From the NCBI GenBank assembly GCA_017654855.1, contig CM030335.1, forward strand, positions 930,001 to 994,000: a stretch of 64,000 nt of DNA, written 5' to 3'. Of this stretch, positions 49,877-63,484 are shown piece after piece; within the stretch, counting starts at the first letter, position 1; each line of letters opens with the position of its first letter. Under the pieces are notes generated by a model. That model was not told the origin of the DNA, made no database searches, and saw nothing but the letters and a program-made list of their open reading frames with translations. The translations under genes and the position numbers were made by a program. This stretch comes from Podospora anserina (lineage: Eukaryota).

Positions 49877-52800
49877 TTAACAAGCCGCCGCAACCATCGC
49901 CGGCCGGGCTCGACCCCTGCCAAGCTTGGAGTGCGTCTTCTTCCATATCTCATCAAACATAGAGGGCTTGGGCTTGAGCTGCCAGTCATAGAGACCAAGA
50001 CGTCTGACCACCTGGAACGAACCTGTCCCTATCGACATGGTCTGGCCCATGATGATGCACTCACTGACGCCCAAGATCCGATCTGTCTTCATACCAGCAG
50101 CGGCATCAAACAAATGGTCTGGCGTCTTCTCGAAAGAAGCCAGCTGGAGAACACTGTCGCGCATCTTGGCAAGGCCGAAGCGCGTGATGCCGAGAATGTC
50201 GCCCTTGTATGTCATGACATCGGCCAAAAGCTCCATGTGACGAGGGTCGATGTTCATGTCGCCCATGACTTGCTGGATTTCAAAGGCAATGGTTGTGCGG
50301 GCCGCCTCAATACCCAGCACATCGCGACATTCCATGACCGAGTTGGTCAAGCACTTGGTGCCAACCACACCTTCTGTGGTCATACAAGCGCGCAGTCCGT
50401 AACCTTCCACCAGAACTGTATGCGCCGAAGTCTTGCTGTCGACATTGATAATCGCTCTCGTTGTCTCGGGGTGGCCGGCAATGGGCACTTCCGGCAACAT
50501 GCGCTTGAGGAAGTTGACTCTCAACTGGAAGTCGGCTGCCGACTCATCCCCTGGATTGGCGACAGTCAGCCCCTTTTCCAGAGCCGCAGCGCGTTGCCTG
50601 GCCGCCTTTCTCGCCGCCGTCGCATCCTGCCATGTGTTGTGGACGAGAACCTCAATGACATTCTTGTTCACCTTCAGGTCTTCTGGCTCAATCTTCAACT
50701 TGAGCTTCTTGGCTTTGACAATGGCGTCGGCAATATCGGTAGTCGTTATCCCAATCTGCTCCAGGTTCTCAAGACCATCCTTCTCAAGCCTGAGCACAAT
50801 TTTGGCGACGTCCTGCAGCCACACATCATCCACATAGTCAAGGATATCCTTGATGTAGGTCTTTTCAATCCTGTGCTTGACGGCCCGGGCCGCGCTGACA
50901 TCCTTAGTGTTCTCCAAGACGCAAGTGATGACAGGCGTACTGATCGTCTTGGAGGCGTTGATGATCTCCTTGATGCGCGGGACACCCTGGGTGATACTCA
51001 TGCCGGCAACACCGGCGAAATGGAACGTCTTGAGCGTCATTTGCGTTCCAGGCTCACCGATCGACTGAGCGCCCACGGCTCCTACAGCGTGACCTGGCTC
51101 GACCTGTGCCTTCTTGTACTTCTCCAGGCATAGCTCGATGAATTTCCGAAGACTGGCCTCCGACACCTTGGCCGTGAGGTCGGCGTGCTTTTGTCCCTTG
51201 GCGCGCGCCTCATCATCCAGATCGATATCCATCTCGGATCCACCCTTGTTCACCCTATTAACTGCAGCCTGCATGGCAAGGTCGTCTTCTAACACGCCTG
51301 GATCGAGGCCGACCGACTTGCGAATCCTGGCCAGCTTGGTGGCTCTCTGTGTGATGTATGTCTGCACACTGTTGAGGTACTCTCTCGCGGCGTCGTGCTC
51401 GTCGACAGCCATATACGCTGCGCGGTCCGTGCTCGTGCGGATCTGCTCATCGGTAAGCCCAGTGATGACCTCGCCGGTAAGCATGTCACGTCGGACATAG
51501 AGCGCCCGCTGTCTGTCCAGTAACTCCTTGGTCAGTTTCTGTATCTCGGACGGCAGCAACCCCTTCTCCGAGTTGTTCCAAGTGATGGTCTGGGAGTGGT
51601 TCCAGGTCCGATCAAAGTTGACAGGCCGGGCATCTCCCTCCATGTCCACTGGGTCGAGCCTGTCTGCACCGTACTGGAACTGGACAATGCCTCCTTCCGA
51701 GGTGCGCACCGTGTCATCGTACTGAGTCGACAAATCCTCCAGCGACTTCATCAAGCGTCTGGACATGTAACCCGTCTCGGCCGTCTTGACAGCGGTGTCG
51801 ACCAAACCTTCTCTGCCAGAAATGGCGTGGAACAAGAACTCGGTAGGATGCAGACCGGTGTAGAAACTGTTCTTGACGAAGCCCTTGGCAGCCGCGCGCT
51901 TGTCGCCCTTTTCGAAATGAGGCAAGGTTCGGTTCTGGAATCCATCAGCGACACGCTTGCCGCCGATAATCTGTTGACCGACACAGGCAATCATCTGGGC
52001 CACGTTGATTTCGGAACCCTTGGACCCAGACTTGGCCATGATGAGAGGTGCGTTGTTTCTGCTGAGATTCTCGGTGCAGTAGCTACCGGCAGCTTGACGG
52101 ACAGCGCTCAGGGTTCCCGAAAGCTTGGTCTCCAGAGTCTCCTTCATGTCGCAACCTGGAGCCTTCTCAAGAGTCCCGTTTTCTGCTTGGGAAATAAATC
52201 CGTCGCACACCGTCGTGGCTTTTTCGAGGAGCATGAGCTTGTGTTCAGTCAATGCCTGCGAAGGAAACACATCACCAACACCGATAGAGAAGCCGCGCAG
52301 TGTCAAAGATCTGGCACAGAGCTTGGCCAGACGGTTCATCGTGGCGGCAGCATAGTCGGCTCCATAGTCTCTCAGAATGACATAGAACACAGAGTTCTTT
52401 TTGCCCTCTCCAACCGTGGACTTGTCCATGCGGCCGCAGATAACCTCGGAGTTGCGAACAACCAGGAACGAGTCGTCAATGTCCATGTCTGGAGGCTGGA
52501 GGTTTCCTTTGTTGTAGACCTTGTTCTTGGCATCGAGGTTGACCAAGACAGGCGACTCCTTGTTGGGCCGCATCATGACGTTGAAGATTTGCTTGCCAGT
52601 CCAGAGAGCTTTGGGCTTGAGGATGGCAGGAGGCGGAAGCTCCAGATAGGTATCGCCAAGAAGCATCTGTGTGCAAATGTAGGTAAAGCTGCTTCTGTCG
52701 TAGAACCTATCTTTGCCGCTCAACAGATAAGCAGCGGTAATAAAATCCTGGGTGGCGGCAATGATGGGCTCGCCGTTTTTGGGAGTACACAGATTGTTCT

Positions 52801-54502
52801 TGACGCCCATCAGGTTGATAGCCTCTGCTCTCGCCTCCTCTGTCTGTGGGACGTGAAGGTTCATCTCATCACCGTCGAAATCGGCATTGTATGGCGAGCA
52901 AACACACTCGTTCAGCCGGAACGTCCTCCAAGGTCTGATCTTCGCGTAATGGCTCATGATACTCAGTTTGTGAAGTGAGGGTTGACGATTGAACAGGACG
53001 ATGTCGTTGTCTTCAAGATGCCGTTCTACAACATCTCCAATCCGGAGGTTGTCCGCATTCTTCTCAAGGATGTGAGGCTTCATGTGCTTCAATAGAAACT
53101 TCATCTCATTCTCCTCGCCTTGGTTCTTGGTGATTTGCAACGCGCCAGGGTATTCAGTCGGGCCGTTTCTCACACAAGCCTTGAGTTTTTGAATATTGTT
53201 CGCGTGAACGCGCTCGGGGTATGTGAGGTTCTTGGCGACACGTTCGGGGACGGCCACCTGTTCAATGCTCAGATTCGGATCGGGGGAGATGACAGTACGC
53301 CCACTGAAATCCACACGTTTGCCCGAGAGATTGCCACGGAAGCGCCCCTGCTTTCCCTTGAGACGTTGGCAGAAGCCACGAGTAACCTTGCCAAAGCCTT
53401 GCTGGACGAGGCCAGGCACATCACTGTTGACGTACATGCCGACCTGCAGCTGGAGGAATTCCCACTGCTCCATGAGGGAAGGAAGCGGCGCACCCTTTAG
53501 CATAGCTTCGCGCAAATGTGCGCTATAGATGACAATTTCGGCCAACTTTGTGGTAATGTCGTCTTCGTTGCTTGCGCTTTCCTGGGCGACCGATGGTCTG
53601 ATACAAAGGGGGGGGGCTGGGAGGTACCGCCAGAGAAACATCTCGGGTCGTCCTTCGGCAGGATCTAGGCCCAACAGCTCGCAATCGACCGAGTTGATCT
53701 CCTTGAACAGGTTGAGAACCTTGAGGGGATGCATATCATCCATGGCACGGCGGGTGTGCTTTCCAAGCTCTGCGAAATGGGCCTTGGCGCTCTCAAAGGA
53801 GGCATCGAACTCGATCTTGCTTTCGGGTGCCACCTTCTTCTGGGCCGTCGACTTGTTGTAGGCCACAAACTTGTCATGGACAAGCTTCATGCAACTCAGC
53901 TTTCGGATGGTTCCCTGCAGGTCACCGCAGTGGTAGCAGTTCCTCACTTTCCGGCACTGCTCGTTGATGCGTTTGAGTACGGCTGTTCGCGCCATGTTGT
54001 CCTGTTCCCGGCGGAGTGATCTGAGGAACCGGCGGCGCTCCTCGTTGGTCAGGAGGATCCTGGAGCATGATTTGCAAATGTTTTGCAGGGTCGCCTGGAT
54101 GTATTTGAGATAGCCAATGTGAAAGACGGGGAGTGGAAGTTTGACGTGACCAAAATGACCAGGGCAGCCCATCAGATCTTGGTGGCAGGTGTGGCATTTC
54201 GCATCGGGTTTCGGGCTCGAGGTTCCCTGTGGGGGATAGGTTAGCTATGACATGGGACAAAGGATGACGAAGGAAGTGTTGATACTCACCAGGCGGGGAT
54301 CGAGGGGTCCATGCTTGAAGGGAGCTCGATTGTTTTCGACATCGTAGAGCAGATTGTCGGAGACCTCGAGCACACCTTGATTAAGAATGTCTTGGGTGGA
54401 TTGAATGCCGAACTTGAGGGCTTTGAAGCGCTTTGGGAGCTGGTCCTTCACCAAGGTCTTGCGGTTCTCGGAGGCCCTGCCGGCCTCTACTTCCGACTCC
54501 AT
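49877..54502 (-). CDS. RPC1: DNA-directed RNA polymerase III largest subunit
   Basis: CPGHFGH, GNLSGKRVDFSGRTVISPD, YNADFDGDEMN, VGAQSIGEPGTQMTLKTFHFAG, SVLQLASFEKT; no heptad CTD; intron 54227-54289. Confidence 0.96.
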
Positions 54503-55379
54503 TTTGTGATGTGATTGTGTGGTGTGGTGTGGTTGTGTGGTCGCGGCGAGATGGAACAACGAATTGCCCCTCAAGGTAGCTATGCTACCTGCTCATAGCG
54601 GGCTCGCCGGGAATGTGTCGATGGAGATGGCGACGTCTAAGTTGCTGCTGCTGTTGGTGAGATTTAGAGTAAAAGAAATACCAGCGGAGGGGTGTGGAAT
54701 TGTGGGATAACTACTTGATTTCCCAGCAAAGTGTGGCTGGTTGGCGACGACAAGTGGTTCAAGGTTCGAGGCGTGTCAAAAGTGGTTCGCGATTGCAACC
54801 GAGAATAATTTTGTCGGCGCAAGGCGGGGCAAGGCTAAGCAACTGAATGACTCCAATCCCGAAAGATGTGCCCCACCATCCCATGCACCTACCCCTGACA
54901 CTTTTGGTGCAAGCGCATGGATCAACTGAGGATCAGCTGTACTTGAGGTCTTGGCAGATATACTTTATTTCTGCCTGCTCCAGTGCGGGAAGGAAAGTAC
55001 CGGAGCACAGTCTCCAAGTTCCCCAGCCTGCCGGGAAGACTGCGGGGCAACGGTTTTTCTACGTCCAATCAACAGCAGTTCTCCAGGCACCCTCCGTCAT
55101 CATTTGCTGCTGCCGGTCGTTGCGGATGTCACGAGCTTTGGCCGGAGAGATGTCCAAGGCGTGGGCCGAAACAAGAGACCCCGTTCTTGTGTTGGACCTG
55201 TTTTCCTGGCTTTGATGAAAAGGTGCTAGAAATATTGAGCAGAAGAACCACACAATAACTTCTTCTTCCGTTGTTTAGCCAATTTCCTTTGCCCATTCCT
55301 TCAGCCTCTGGTTGCTGTGCCAAGTCCTTTCCTGGTCTCGAGCAAGATAAGCGAATCAACAACTGGCATCAAAAGCTGC

Positions 55380-58300
55380 ATGCTTTATCGCTTGATCCGG
55401 CCGAGGAGAGCTGTTGGGCGATCCTTACAACGCTACCCTTTCTTTTCAAACCGTCGATATATTTGGAAGACTGCGAGCGGCTTTCCCAAACCGAATCCTG
55501 GGTCACCCAGACATCCCGGAGCTATGGCTTCCACGCCGGCCCCAAATACTGCTGTCGAAAAGAAGGTTGAGAAGTCATATCTTGCTTCCGCCGTCGACTC
55601 GATCAATCCCTGGGCTGGACCTCGCAGTGCAACACCCACGCCGAAAGATCCTCAGCCAGCCCTCGGCCCCCCCATTACCGTCGACCATATATTGAATCCC
55701 TTTTATGGCCAAAGCTTCAAACGATATCCACCAGACTGTCCCCCGCCCAATATACAGTGGTTCCATGCTGTTGACGTGAGTGTTTCTTTGGAAAGTGTTG
55801 AAAGATTCAAACTAATTTTGAGCATTGGCTTTAGGTGCCAAAACGCAAGCCCAAGTTTATGATCACCAAGGCCGCTTCCGATGCCAAACCTGCCCAGCCA
55901 AAGAAATACGTCGCCTTTGATCCCCGAGATTCGCGGGCCGTGGAGGCCGCATACCAGGCTAGACTACAGGAGCTCGAAGAGGAACGGAACGCTTTCACCG
56001 GGAATGCGCTTGCTCGCACAGGGACTAAGCGCCCACGGGCTGTGTCTGGCGAAGGAGAAAAAGACACAGACAGTAGCGGATCCAAAACAAGAGTGCCCGT
56101 AAACGAAGACTTTTTGTTCGATGTGGATATTGAAGAGCGGGAACTTGCGCCCATTTACTGGGAGGGTCCCGTGTACGAGGTGCGGCGCGGAAGTTGGTTC
56201 TATCAAGAGGGCTCCACGCTCCGGCCTTGTGAGGAGAATCTGGCTGCTCAGCTTGAGGAGGGATATCTCAAGGTCAAGCCATGGCGATACCCGAAGGCAC
56301 CCTCGAACCCGTCGACGAAGGGACCAACACCCAAGGATTCCTCGGAGAACTTGAAGATTGTCGATGAATCCCAGGCCAAAACCAGCGCAAAGACTGCAGC
56401 CAGTGTACCCCAACATCAACCGCAGACCTATCGGTTGTTCGGTAGTTATATGAACAGCGTGGCAACGTATCAGGATTCTAATACAGCGTGGTTGTCCTCT
56501 GATGGGATGTTGTCGTGGGTTACATCGACAATGTACGAAAGGTTTGCAGGTGGTGGATACATGAGTGGTGTGAAACTAGTGCGAGGGTACACTGAGGCGA
56601 AGAAGGTCAAGGAAAAGGATGAGAAGCGGCCAGTGACACCAGCGGGAACAAAATCAACATCCAACGAGAAGGGCGATGAGACACCAAAGGCCCTCAAGAG
56701 GCGATCTGCACCGCCCACGAGCGTGCGGCCCAGTCTGGATGAGGGTGCAGACATGGAGCCCGACAATCCTCAGAACTCTTTATCTCGCCAACTGTCCAAT
56801 TTGATGGAGCGGGCAGAGGACCCAGAAGCTGAAGCCGAGGCTATCAGGGTGCGAGAAGAGAAGGAGATGATGGGTGATTACAATACCAACGCCGGTGAGA
56901 ACCAAGGCCGTGATATCGAGCACCTGGTGTTGGTGACACACGGCATCGGGCAGTTGCTATCTCGCAGGATGGACAGCATCAACTTTGTTCACGATGTGAA
57001 TATTCTTCGCAAGAATTTCAAGAATGTGTACTCTGTATCCGCAGATTTACGGGCACTCAATTCTGAGATTGGGGAAAGCGGACCAGGTAACTGTCGAGTT
57101 CAGGTGCTGCCTGTGGTCTGGCGCCACCGTCTCGACTTTCCCAAGCGCAAGCCAAAAAGAGGAGAACACGATCTCGCCGAGGCATTTGACGAGGAGGACG
57201 AGTACCCGTCTCTGGAGGATATCACCATTGAAGGCCTCGCTTTCGCCCGTTCCCTTATTTCTGACCTCGCCCTCGACGTGCTTCTCTACCAGAGCGCCTA
57301 CCGGGAGCAAATCGCCGACATTGTTGTCAAGGAATCCAACCACATCTACAAGACCTTCAAGGAACGCAACCCAGAGTTCAAGGGCAAAGTCCACATTGTG
57401 GGGCATTCCCTCGGCTCAGCCATCATGTTTGACATTCTCTGCCGACAAAAGGAAAGGGCACCTGCCGCTTCGCTGCCGCGAAACCCTTTGAGAATCTGGC
57501 CTGCTGCCTCTTCGGAAGATAGATTCGAACCAAAGGAGAGCAAAGATCTGGCTTTCGACTTTGACGTGGCGGACTTTTATTGTCTAGGGTCACCGATCGG
57601 ATTGTTCCAGATGCTCAAGGGGAGGACAATTTCCGCTAGGAATCTGCCCAATGCTGTCCCGTCGGAGAGCCCGCTGAATCCGGATTACATGGAGGATCCC
57701 TTTTTGTCTGCACCGGCGTATTCGTATGCCAGCGATCAACACCTCTCTCCTATTACTGGCCACCCGTTCAGTGTCTCCTCTCCCAAAGTCTCTCAGTTGT
57801 TCAACATTTTCCACCCGTCGGATCCGATCGCGTACCGACTTGAACCGTTGATATCCCAGGCCATGTCTACTCTCAAGCCGCAGGCATTGCCCTATACAAA
57901 AAAGACCATCTTTGGGAGTGTAGCCCCTCAAGGGCTGACGGGCTTGGGGGCAAAGGTTGGGCAGAGCGTGACGGGGTTGTGGAGCAGTTTCTCTGCTGGG
58001 ATCGCGAGCAGCTTGCTGAATCGGAGTTTGGGGCTGACGCAGGAGGATGTGAATAATATCAATGCTTCGCATCATCGGGAGAGGGAGTTGAGTCTCAGTC
58101 CGGTTGGGTCGCCAGGTAGTGGTGCGGGGAAGGAGAAGCAGCTTGGGGCGGCGGAGGGAGGGGGCAACAGTAAGATGGAGGATCATGTGGAAAAAAGCGA
58201 GAAGACGGCGGAGAGGCAGATGGCGATTGCGGCGGTTACGGGGGGAGGGAAGGATGGGGGGGCGTTGATTGATGAGGAGTTGGAGACGTTGTTTAGTCGG

Positions 58301-58672
58301 TTTCAGAAGAGTAGGGTTGAGAGGGCGGATGGTGGTGGGGGGGAGAAGGGGGATGGGAATGGGGGGGATGTGCTGACGAAGGAGAGGTGGTTGGAGGAAG
58401 AGAGGAGGGCGCAGAGGATGAGGAGGGAGGAGGGGAAGATTAGGGGGTTGAATAGGAATGGGAGGGTGGATTATTGTATTCAGGAGTAAGTGAATTGGCA
58501 TGAAGGTGGGGAGATGAGGATGGTGCTAACGTGGAATTGTAGGAGTGTGCTTGACTTTAACCCGATGAACACGATTGCGTCGCATATGAGTTATTGGGCG
58601 GATGAGGATGTGGCTCATTTTGTCCTTTCGCAGCTGTTGCAGGGGGAGAGGGTGAGGACGCCGAGGGTGTGA
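55380..58672 (+). CDS. DDHD-domain phospholipase A1 (Ddl1/PA-PLA1-like)
   Basis: PIYW...VRRGSWF, LVLVTHGIGQ, GHSLGS, LGSPIG, NIFHPSDPIAYRLEP, GRVDY, SHMSYW; introns 55776-55834 and 58486-58542. Confidence 0.92.
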
Positions 58673-58961
58673 TGATAGTGTGTGATGCTAATGAATGTAT
58701 GTATGATTAGACGGGGGAAATTGGGAAGAGGAATGGATGGATGGATATACCCTTATTGTTACAGAGAGATAGAAACTGTTGATGTTTGGGCATAGGAGAG
58801 GTGGTGCTTTTGACATGAAGGAACAGATCCGATGTTCACTGTAGGGTATGTATGTATTATCAACGCTTGTGATATCTCTAAACAGCCAACCGCTTTTTAT
58901 GTATCCCATCCCATTGTTGGTATCATATGCTATGCCCATCCCCCCCTTCATCTCCATCCCC

Positions 58962-59762
58962 TCAAATCATCCCCAACATCTCTGCATAACTCCCCCACGC
59001 GCCCCCCAACTCCCGGCACAAATCCCCCGCCGTTCTCCCCTTCCCATCCTTGATAAACCTGACATCCTCCTCCTGGGGAACCGTCCCCCGTCTCGGCAGG
59101 CCCACACCCTCACAACTCTGCACCACCTGCTCTGGAAAAACAGAAGTGTGAACCCCGCTCTCGAGCCACAAAAGCAGCCAAAACACCTCCTCCTGCTCGT
59201 TCTCAAGAGCGAGGTGCATCGCAGTCTTGGACTCGTTCAAAGGGTCCTGCCAGCAGAGGAGCTGAGGCAGAGAAAGGGTGATGTCCTCGTCAGCGTCGAC
59301 ATCAGCCAACAACTCAAGAATGCCGGCCGTGTCCCCCTCGCTGGCGAGGGTGTGGAGGGCTTTGGCGGGGCGGAACTGGGGGTTGGCGGAGAGGTAGGCT
59401 TCTTCGGTTAGGTGGGGGAGGATGTTGAGGTTTTCTTGGACGCCGCCTTCGTTGGTGTAGGTTGTGAGGATTTGGGCGGCTTGGGAGGTGGGGAGGAAGG
59501 GGTTGGTGGAGGAGCCTGAGGCGGAACCGGAACCGGTGGGGGGGTTGGAGGGGAGGTAGGTGGTGCAGGAGGGGCAGTTGAGGGTGAGGGCGACGGTGGA
59601 GGAGAGGTCGAGGAGGCATTGCCAGTGGAAGTGGCATTGGCAAGGGAGGTGGAGGTCGTCGGGGATGGGGGGTTGGTCTACAGGGGGGGCGAGGGACTCG
59701 TCTTCTGAGTCGGGCTCGAATTGGAGGATTAAGGGTTGGTGGCAGGATTTGCAGAGGGACAT
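58962..59762 (-). CDS. RING-like zinc finger plus ankyrin-like repeat protein
   Basis: CKSC...LPCQCHFHWQCL...CPSC; ALHTLASEGD, KTAMHLALEN, DGKGRTAGDL. Confidence 0.8.
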   Translation of the reverse strand: MSLCKSCHQPLILQFEPDSEDESLAPPVDQPPIPDDLHLPCQCHFHWQCLLDLSSTVALTLNCPSCTTYLPSNPPTGSGSASGSSTNPFLPTSQAAQILTTYTNEGGVQENLNILPHLTEEAYLSANPQFRPAKALHTLASEGDTAGILELLADVDADEDITLSLPQLLCWQDPLNESKTAMHLALENEQEEVFWLLLWLESGVHTSVFPEQVVQSCEGVGLPRRGTVPQEEDVRFIKDGKGRTAGDLCRELGGAWGSYAEMLGMI

Positions 59763-60492
59763 TTTGGGGGGGTGGTTTGAGGTGGAAGGCGGAGATGTGA
59801 GGGTTGTAGGTAAGGTGAGGTGAGGTGACGAGGTACTAGGTGAGGTAGTTAGTACGATATTATTATGTAAGTTTAATTAGTGAGTAATTACCTGAGTGAG
59901 AGTGGTATGTGATGAGATCTGCTCACCTCACGTTTTGCTGAAGCTTGGAGTGTGTGTGAGTGAAGGTGAAGTTATTTCGAGATGCCAAGACAGGAAAGCA
60001 AAAAGTAATTTTTTTGGTGTTGCTGTTCGTGGGGTACGCGACTTATGCAGTATAACCCCTGAATCATGACCCTGAAAAGGTCACTCCCTAACTCACCGCC
60101 CCTTGCATCTGGTTGGGCCGTTACCTTACGCAATCCCTCTGTGGCTTGGTATCTGCCCAGGCGATTACATCAGTGCCAGGCCGCCTGGGAACCCCCGCCC
60201 CCGCCAGCCTTGGAAGGAGTGCAGCATGGAAACTCCCCTATTTCCTCCACCTGCCCTGGACATTGAAGCCTACCGTCTAAAAATCACACGATTACGACGA
60301 CCCTTTCCCCGGCCAAACATAAAACCTGGAACTTCCATTGTTTGCTAAAGGCGCGCGGCCGTCTCGGGTTTCGTTTGCTTTACTTACTCCTCTTCTTGAG
60401 TACCATCTACAAGCATCATCAAGCTATCTTAGAGACACACCAGTACAGTTACCACGTACTTCTGCGCGCTTCTCCGAATCCCCCGCATCACC

Positions 60493-62672
60493 ATGAACGT
60501 CCTCAAGATCCAGAGGTGGGACCAGTCTACCCCCAACAAAGAAACACGCGCGCATTGTTTTGCTTGCCTCAAGCTGACATGTAGCTACCTAGGAAATTCC
60601 CTCAATTCCAACAGCCCGAGATCTTCTCGTTAGCCGACGCCTTCCGTAAGCTCGACGTTGACGACAAGGGTTACATTGATGAGGCTACCGCCATCAAGGC
60701 CACTCAGACCAGTGAGCGCAAGCCATACGATGTCGTTCGTCAAGCGCTAAAGGAGGTTGAGCTCGACTCCTCAAGAAGAGTCGAGCTGGAGGATTATGTT
60801 GGTGTATGTACTCGTCTTCTACTAGCTCGGGGGTAGCTACGCCGACTCAGCACCACGTCATCTTGCGCCAGGTTGCTAACCCCTATTCTTCCACAGCTCA
60901 TTGCCAAGCTCCGTGATGCTCCCTCCAACTCGCAAGGGCTTTCCGCCGCTGCCGCCGCCTCGCCAGCTGCTGTGATTTCCCAGAGAACAGGAGGAGGCCA
61001 CTCTTCCAAGGGCAGCATCAGCGGAACTCAGGGCAAGATCTTTGTGCAAGGTTCGAACTCTAACATTACCCACACCATCAACGAGGATGAACGCACCGAG
61101 TTTACGCGCCACATCAATGCCGTCCTCGCCGGCGATCCCGACATCGGCAACCGCCTCCCCTTCCCAACCGACACGTTCGAGATGTTCGACGAGTGCAAGG
61201 ACGGTTTGGTGCTCGCCAAGCTCATCAACGACAGCGTTCCAGACACGATCGATGAGCGTGTCCTGAACCGGCCCAAGGGAGCCAAGAAGCTCAACGCCTT
61301 CCAGATGACGGAAAACAACAACATCGTCATTGAGTCAGCAAAGGGCATAGGCTGCTCAATTGTCAACATTGGTGCCGGGGATATCGCTGAGGTCAGGGAG
61401 CATCTCATTCTGGGACTGATTTGGCAGGTTATTCGCCGGGGTCTGTTGGGCAAGATTGACATCAAGCTCCGCCCCGAATTGTACCGTCTGCTTGACGAGG
61501 ACGAGACTCTGGAGCAGTTCCTCAGACTGCCCCCTGAGCAAATCCTCCTCCGGTGGTTCAACTACCACCTCGATGCTGCCGGCTCGCGCAACAGGGTTAC
61601 CAATTTCTCGTCGGATGTCAAGAATGGCGAGAACTACACGTTGTTGCTAGCCCAGATTGGCTCTGAGCAGGGTTGCACTGAAGCCCCTCTTGACACTCTG
61701 GATTTGCACCAGCGCGCTGAGGAGGTTCTCCAAAACGCTGACCGTCTTAAATGCCGCAAGTTCTTGAGCCCTTCTTCGCTTGTTGCCGGTAACCCCAAGC
61801 TCAATCTTGCCTTCGTTGCCAACCTGTTCAACGAACACCCCTGCCTTGGCTCAATCACCGAGGAGGAGAAGCTCGAGGTGGAGGACTTTGATGCTGAAGG
61901 CGAGCGCGAGGCCCGTGTTTTCACCCTCTGGCTCAACAGTTTGGATGTGCAGCCCGCTGTCCAGTCCTTCTTTGACGACCTCCGCGACGGCACCATCCTT
62001 CTCCAGGCCTACGACAAGGTTATCAGTGGCTCGGTCAACTGGCGGCACGTCAACAAGCTCCCAGCGCACGGCGGTGAGATGTCGAGATTCAAGGCTGTGG
62101 AAAACACCAACTACGCCATTGAGCTCGGCAAGCAAAACGGCTTCTCGCTTGTTGGCATCCAGGGTGCGGATATCACTGACGGGCAGCGCACTCTGACGCT
62201 TGGTCTGGTCTGGCAGCTCATGCGCAAGGATATCACTGTTACCCTGAAGGGCCTGGCGCAGCGGTTGGGCAAGCGCGAGATCACCGATTCGGAGATGGTC
62301 CGGTGGGCCAACGACATGGTGGGCAAGGGCGGTCGCAAAGGGACCATCCGATCGTTCAAGGACCCTGTCATTGGGTCGGGTGTGTTCTTGCTGGATGTGC
62401 TGAATGGTATGAAGAGCAGCTATGTCGACTACGATCTTGTCACGCCTGGGCGGAACGACGAGGAGGCGTATCTCAATGCCAAGCTCAGTATCAGTATTGC
62501 GAGAAAGATGGGGGCGACGATTTGGCTGGTGCCCGAGGATATTTGCCAGGTTCGCAGCCGTTTGGTGACGACGTTTATTGGTATGTGTTTCGGTTCCTGA
62601 TGAACACGATGAAGAAGCTAATGTGGTAAAACTATAGGTTCTCTGATGGCGACTCACGAAAAGATGCAGTAG
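60493..62672 (+). CDS. SAC6: Fimbrin (EF-hand plus four CH domains)
   Basis: MNVLKIQR, HTINEDERTEFTRHIN, CKDGLVLAKLIN, LPPEQILLRWFNYHL, GEREARVFTLWLNSL, NAKLSISIARKMGA; three introns. Confidence 0.96.
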
Positions 62673-63484
62673 AATGGAGCATCTTTTCGCTTGTTATAAG
62701 TTGGAACTCGACAAAAGGTGGGGAGGCGGGGACAGGCAAGGTTCTTGGGAAAAGTTGCGACTACGAAAACAAGTCTGTTTTACGGATTCTCAGTCATTTT
62801 CCTTTTCTTCATGCCCCGAATTGTTCTGTTTAGGTAGCACTTTTTGTTGATGGCTTGGGCGTGTGGTTTTATTTACTTTTTCTGCAGAGTAACCGAGTCA
62901 TGCGGCGTCTTGAATTCTATCTAGTTGAATCCTTGAATTGGGGAATGTTCCTGGTCTCATCCGATGTGTTGAGGGGACGGGTCTGAGATGATGAGTTGGT
63001 TCGGCGCCACTGGTGATGGGGAGCTGAAGGGGTCAAGCGCTAACTTTGCATGCATGACCCAAGGCTAAGTATCGACGGTATAACGACTGGATAGGTAAGG
63101 TTATTGGTGAGAACAACAGCCACTCTGGTTTCGAGTACCCCCCTTCGTAGACGCTGAGGCAGTGAGTTGAGGGTCAATTCAGGGGTTCTGGGTGGAGTCA
63201 CTCCCGATAAGCGGTGACAGGCGGCAGATTGAACCCTTGCTCCCCCAAAAGTGCAAAAGGAACAAGGGACCCCGCGACAAGAGAGGGGCACTGGACATTG
63301 CATGCGCGACCAGCCGAGACGGTCTTCTTTTGCCCCACCAAAACTTGAGTCAACGGTGGTTCTCGATCTCTGGAACACACTTTCCCTTGGACACCTTTTC
63401 AACCCATTGACTTTTTTTTTCCTTTCTGCGCATACTCGAGGACAGGGACGGGACGAAGGAAGGAACCGAAAACTAGTAGTGACA

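Noticed and set aside
49931-53861. Long + strand ORFs (400 and 460 aa)
   Set aside because: Antisense shadows of RPC1 caused by codon bias; the same applies opposite the DDHD lipase, fimbrin and SRAP genes.
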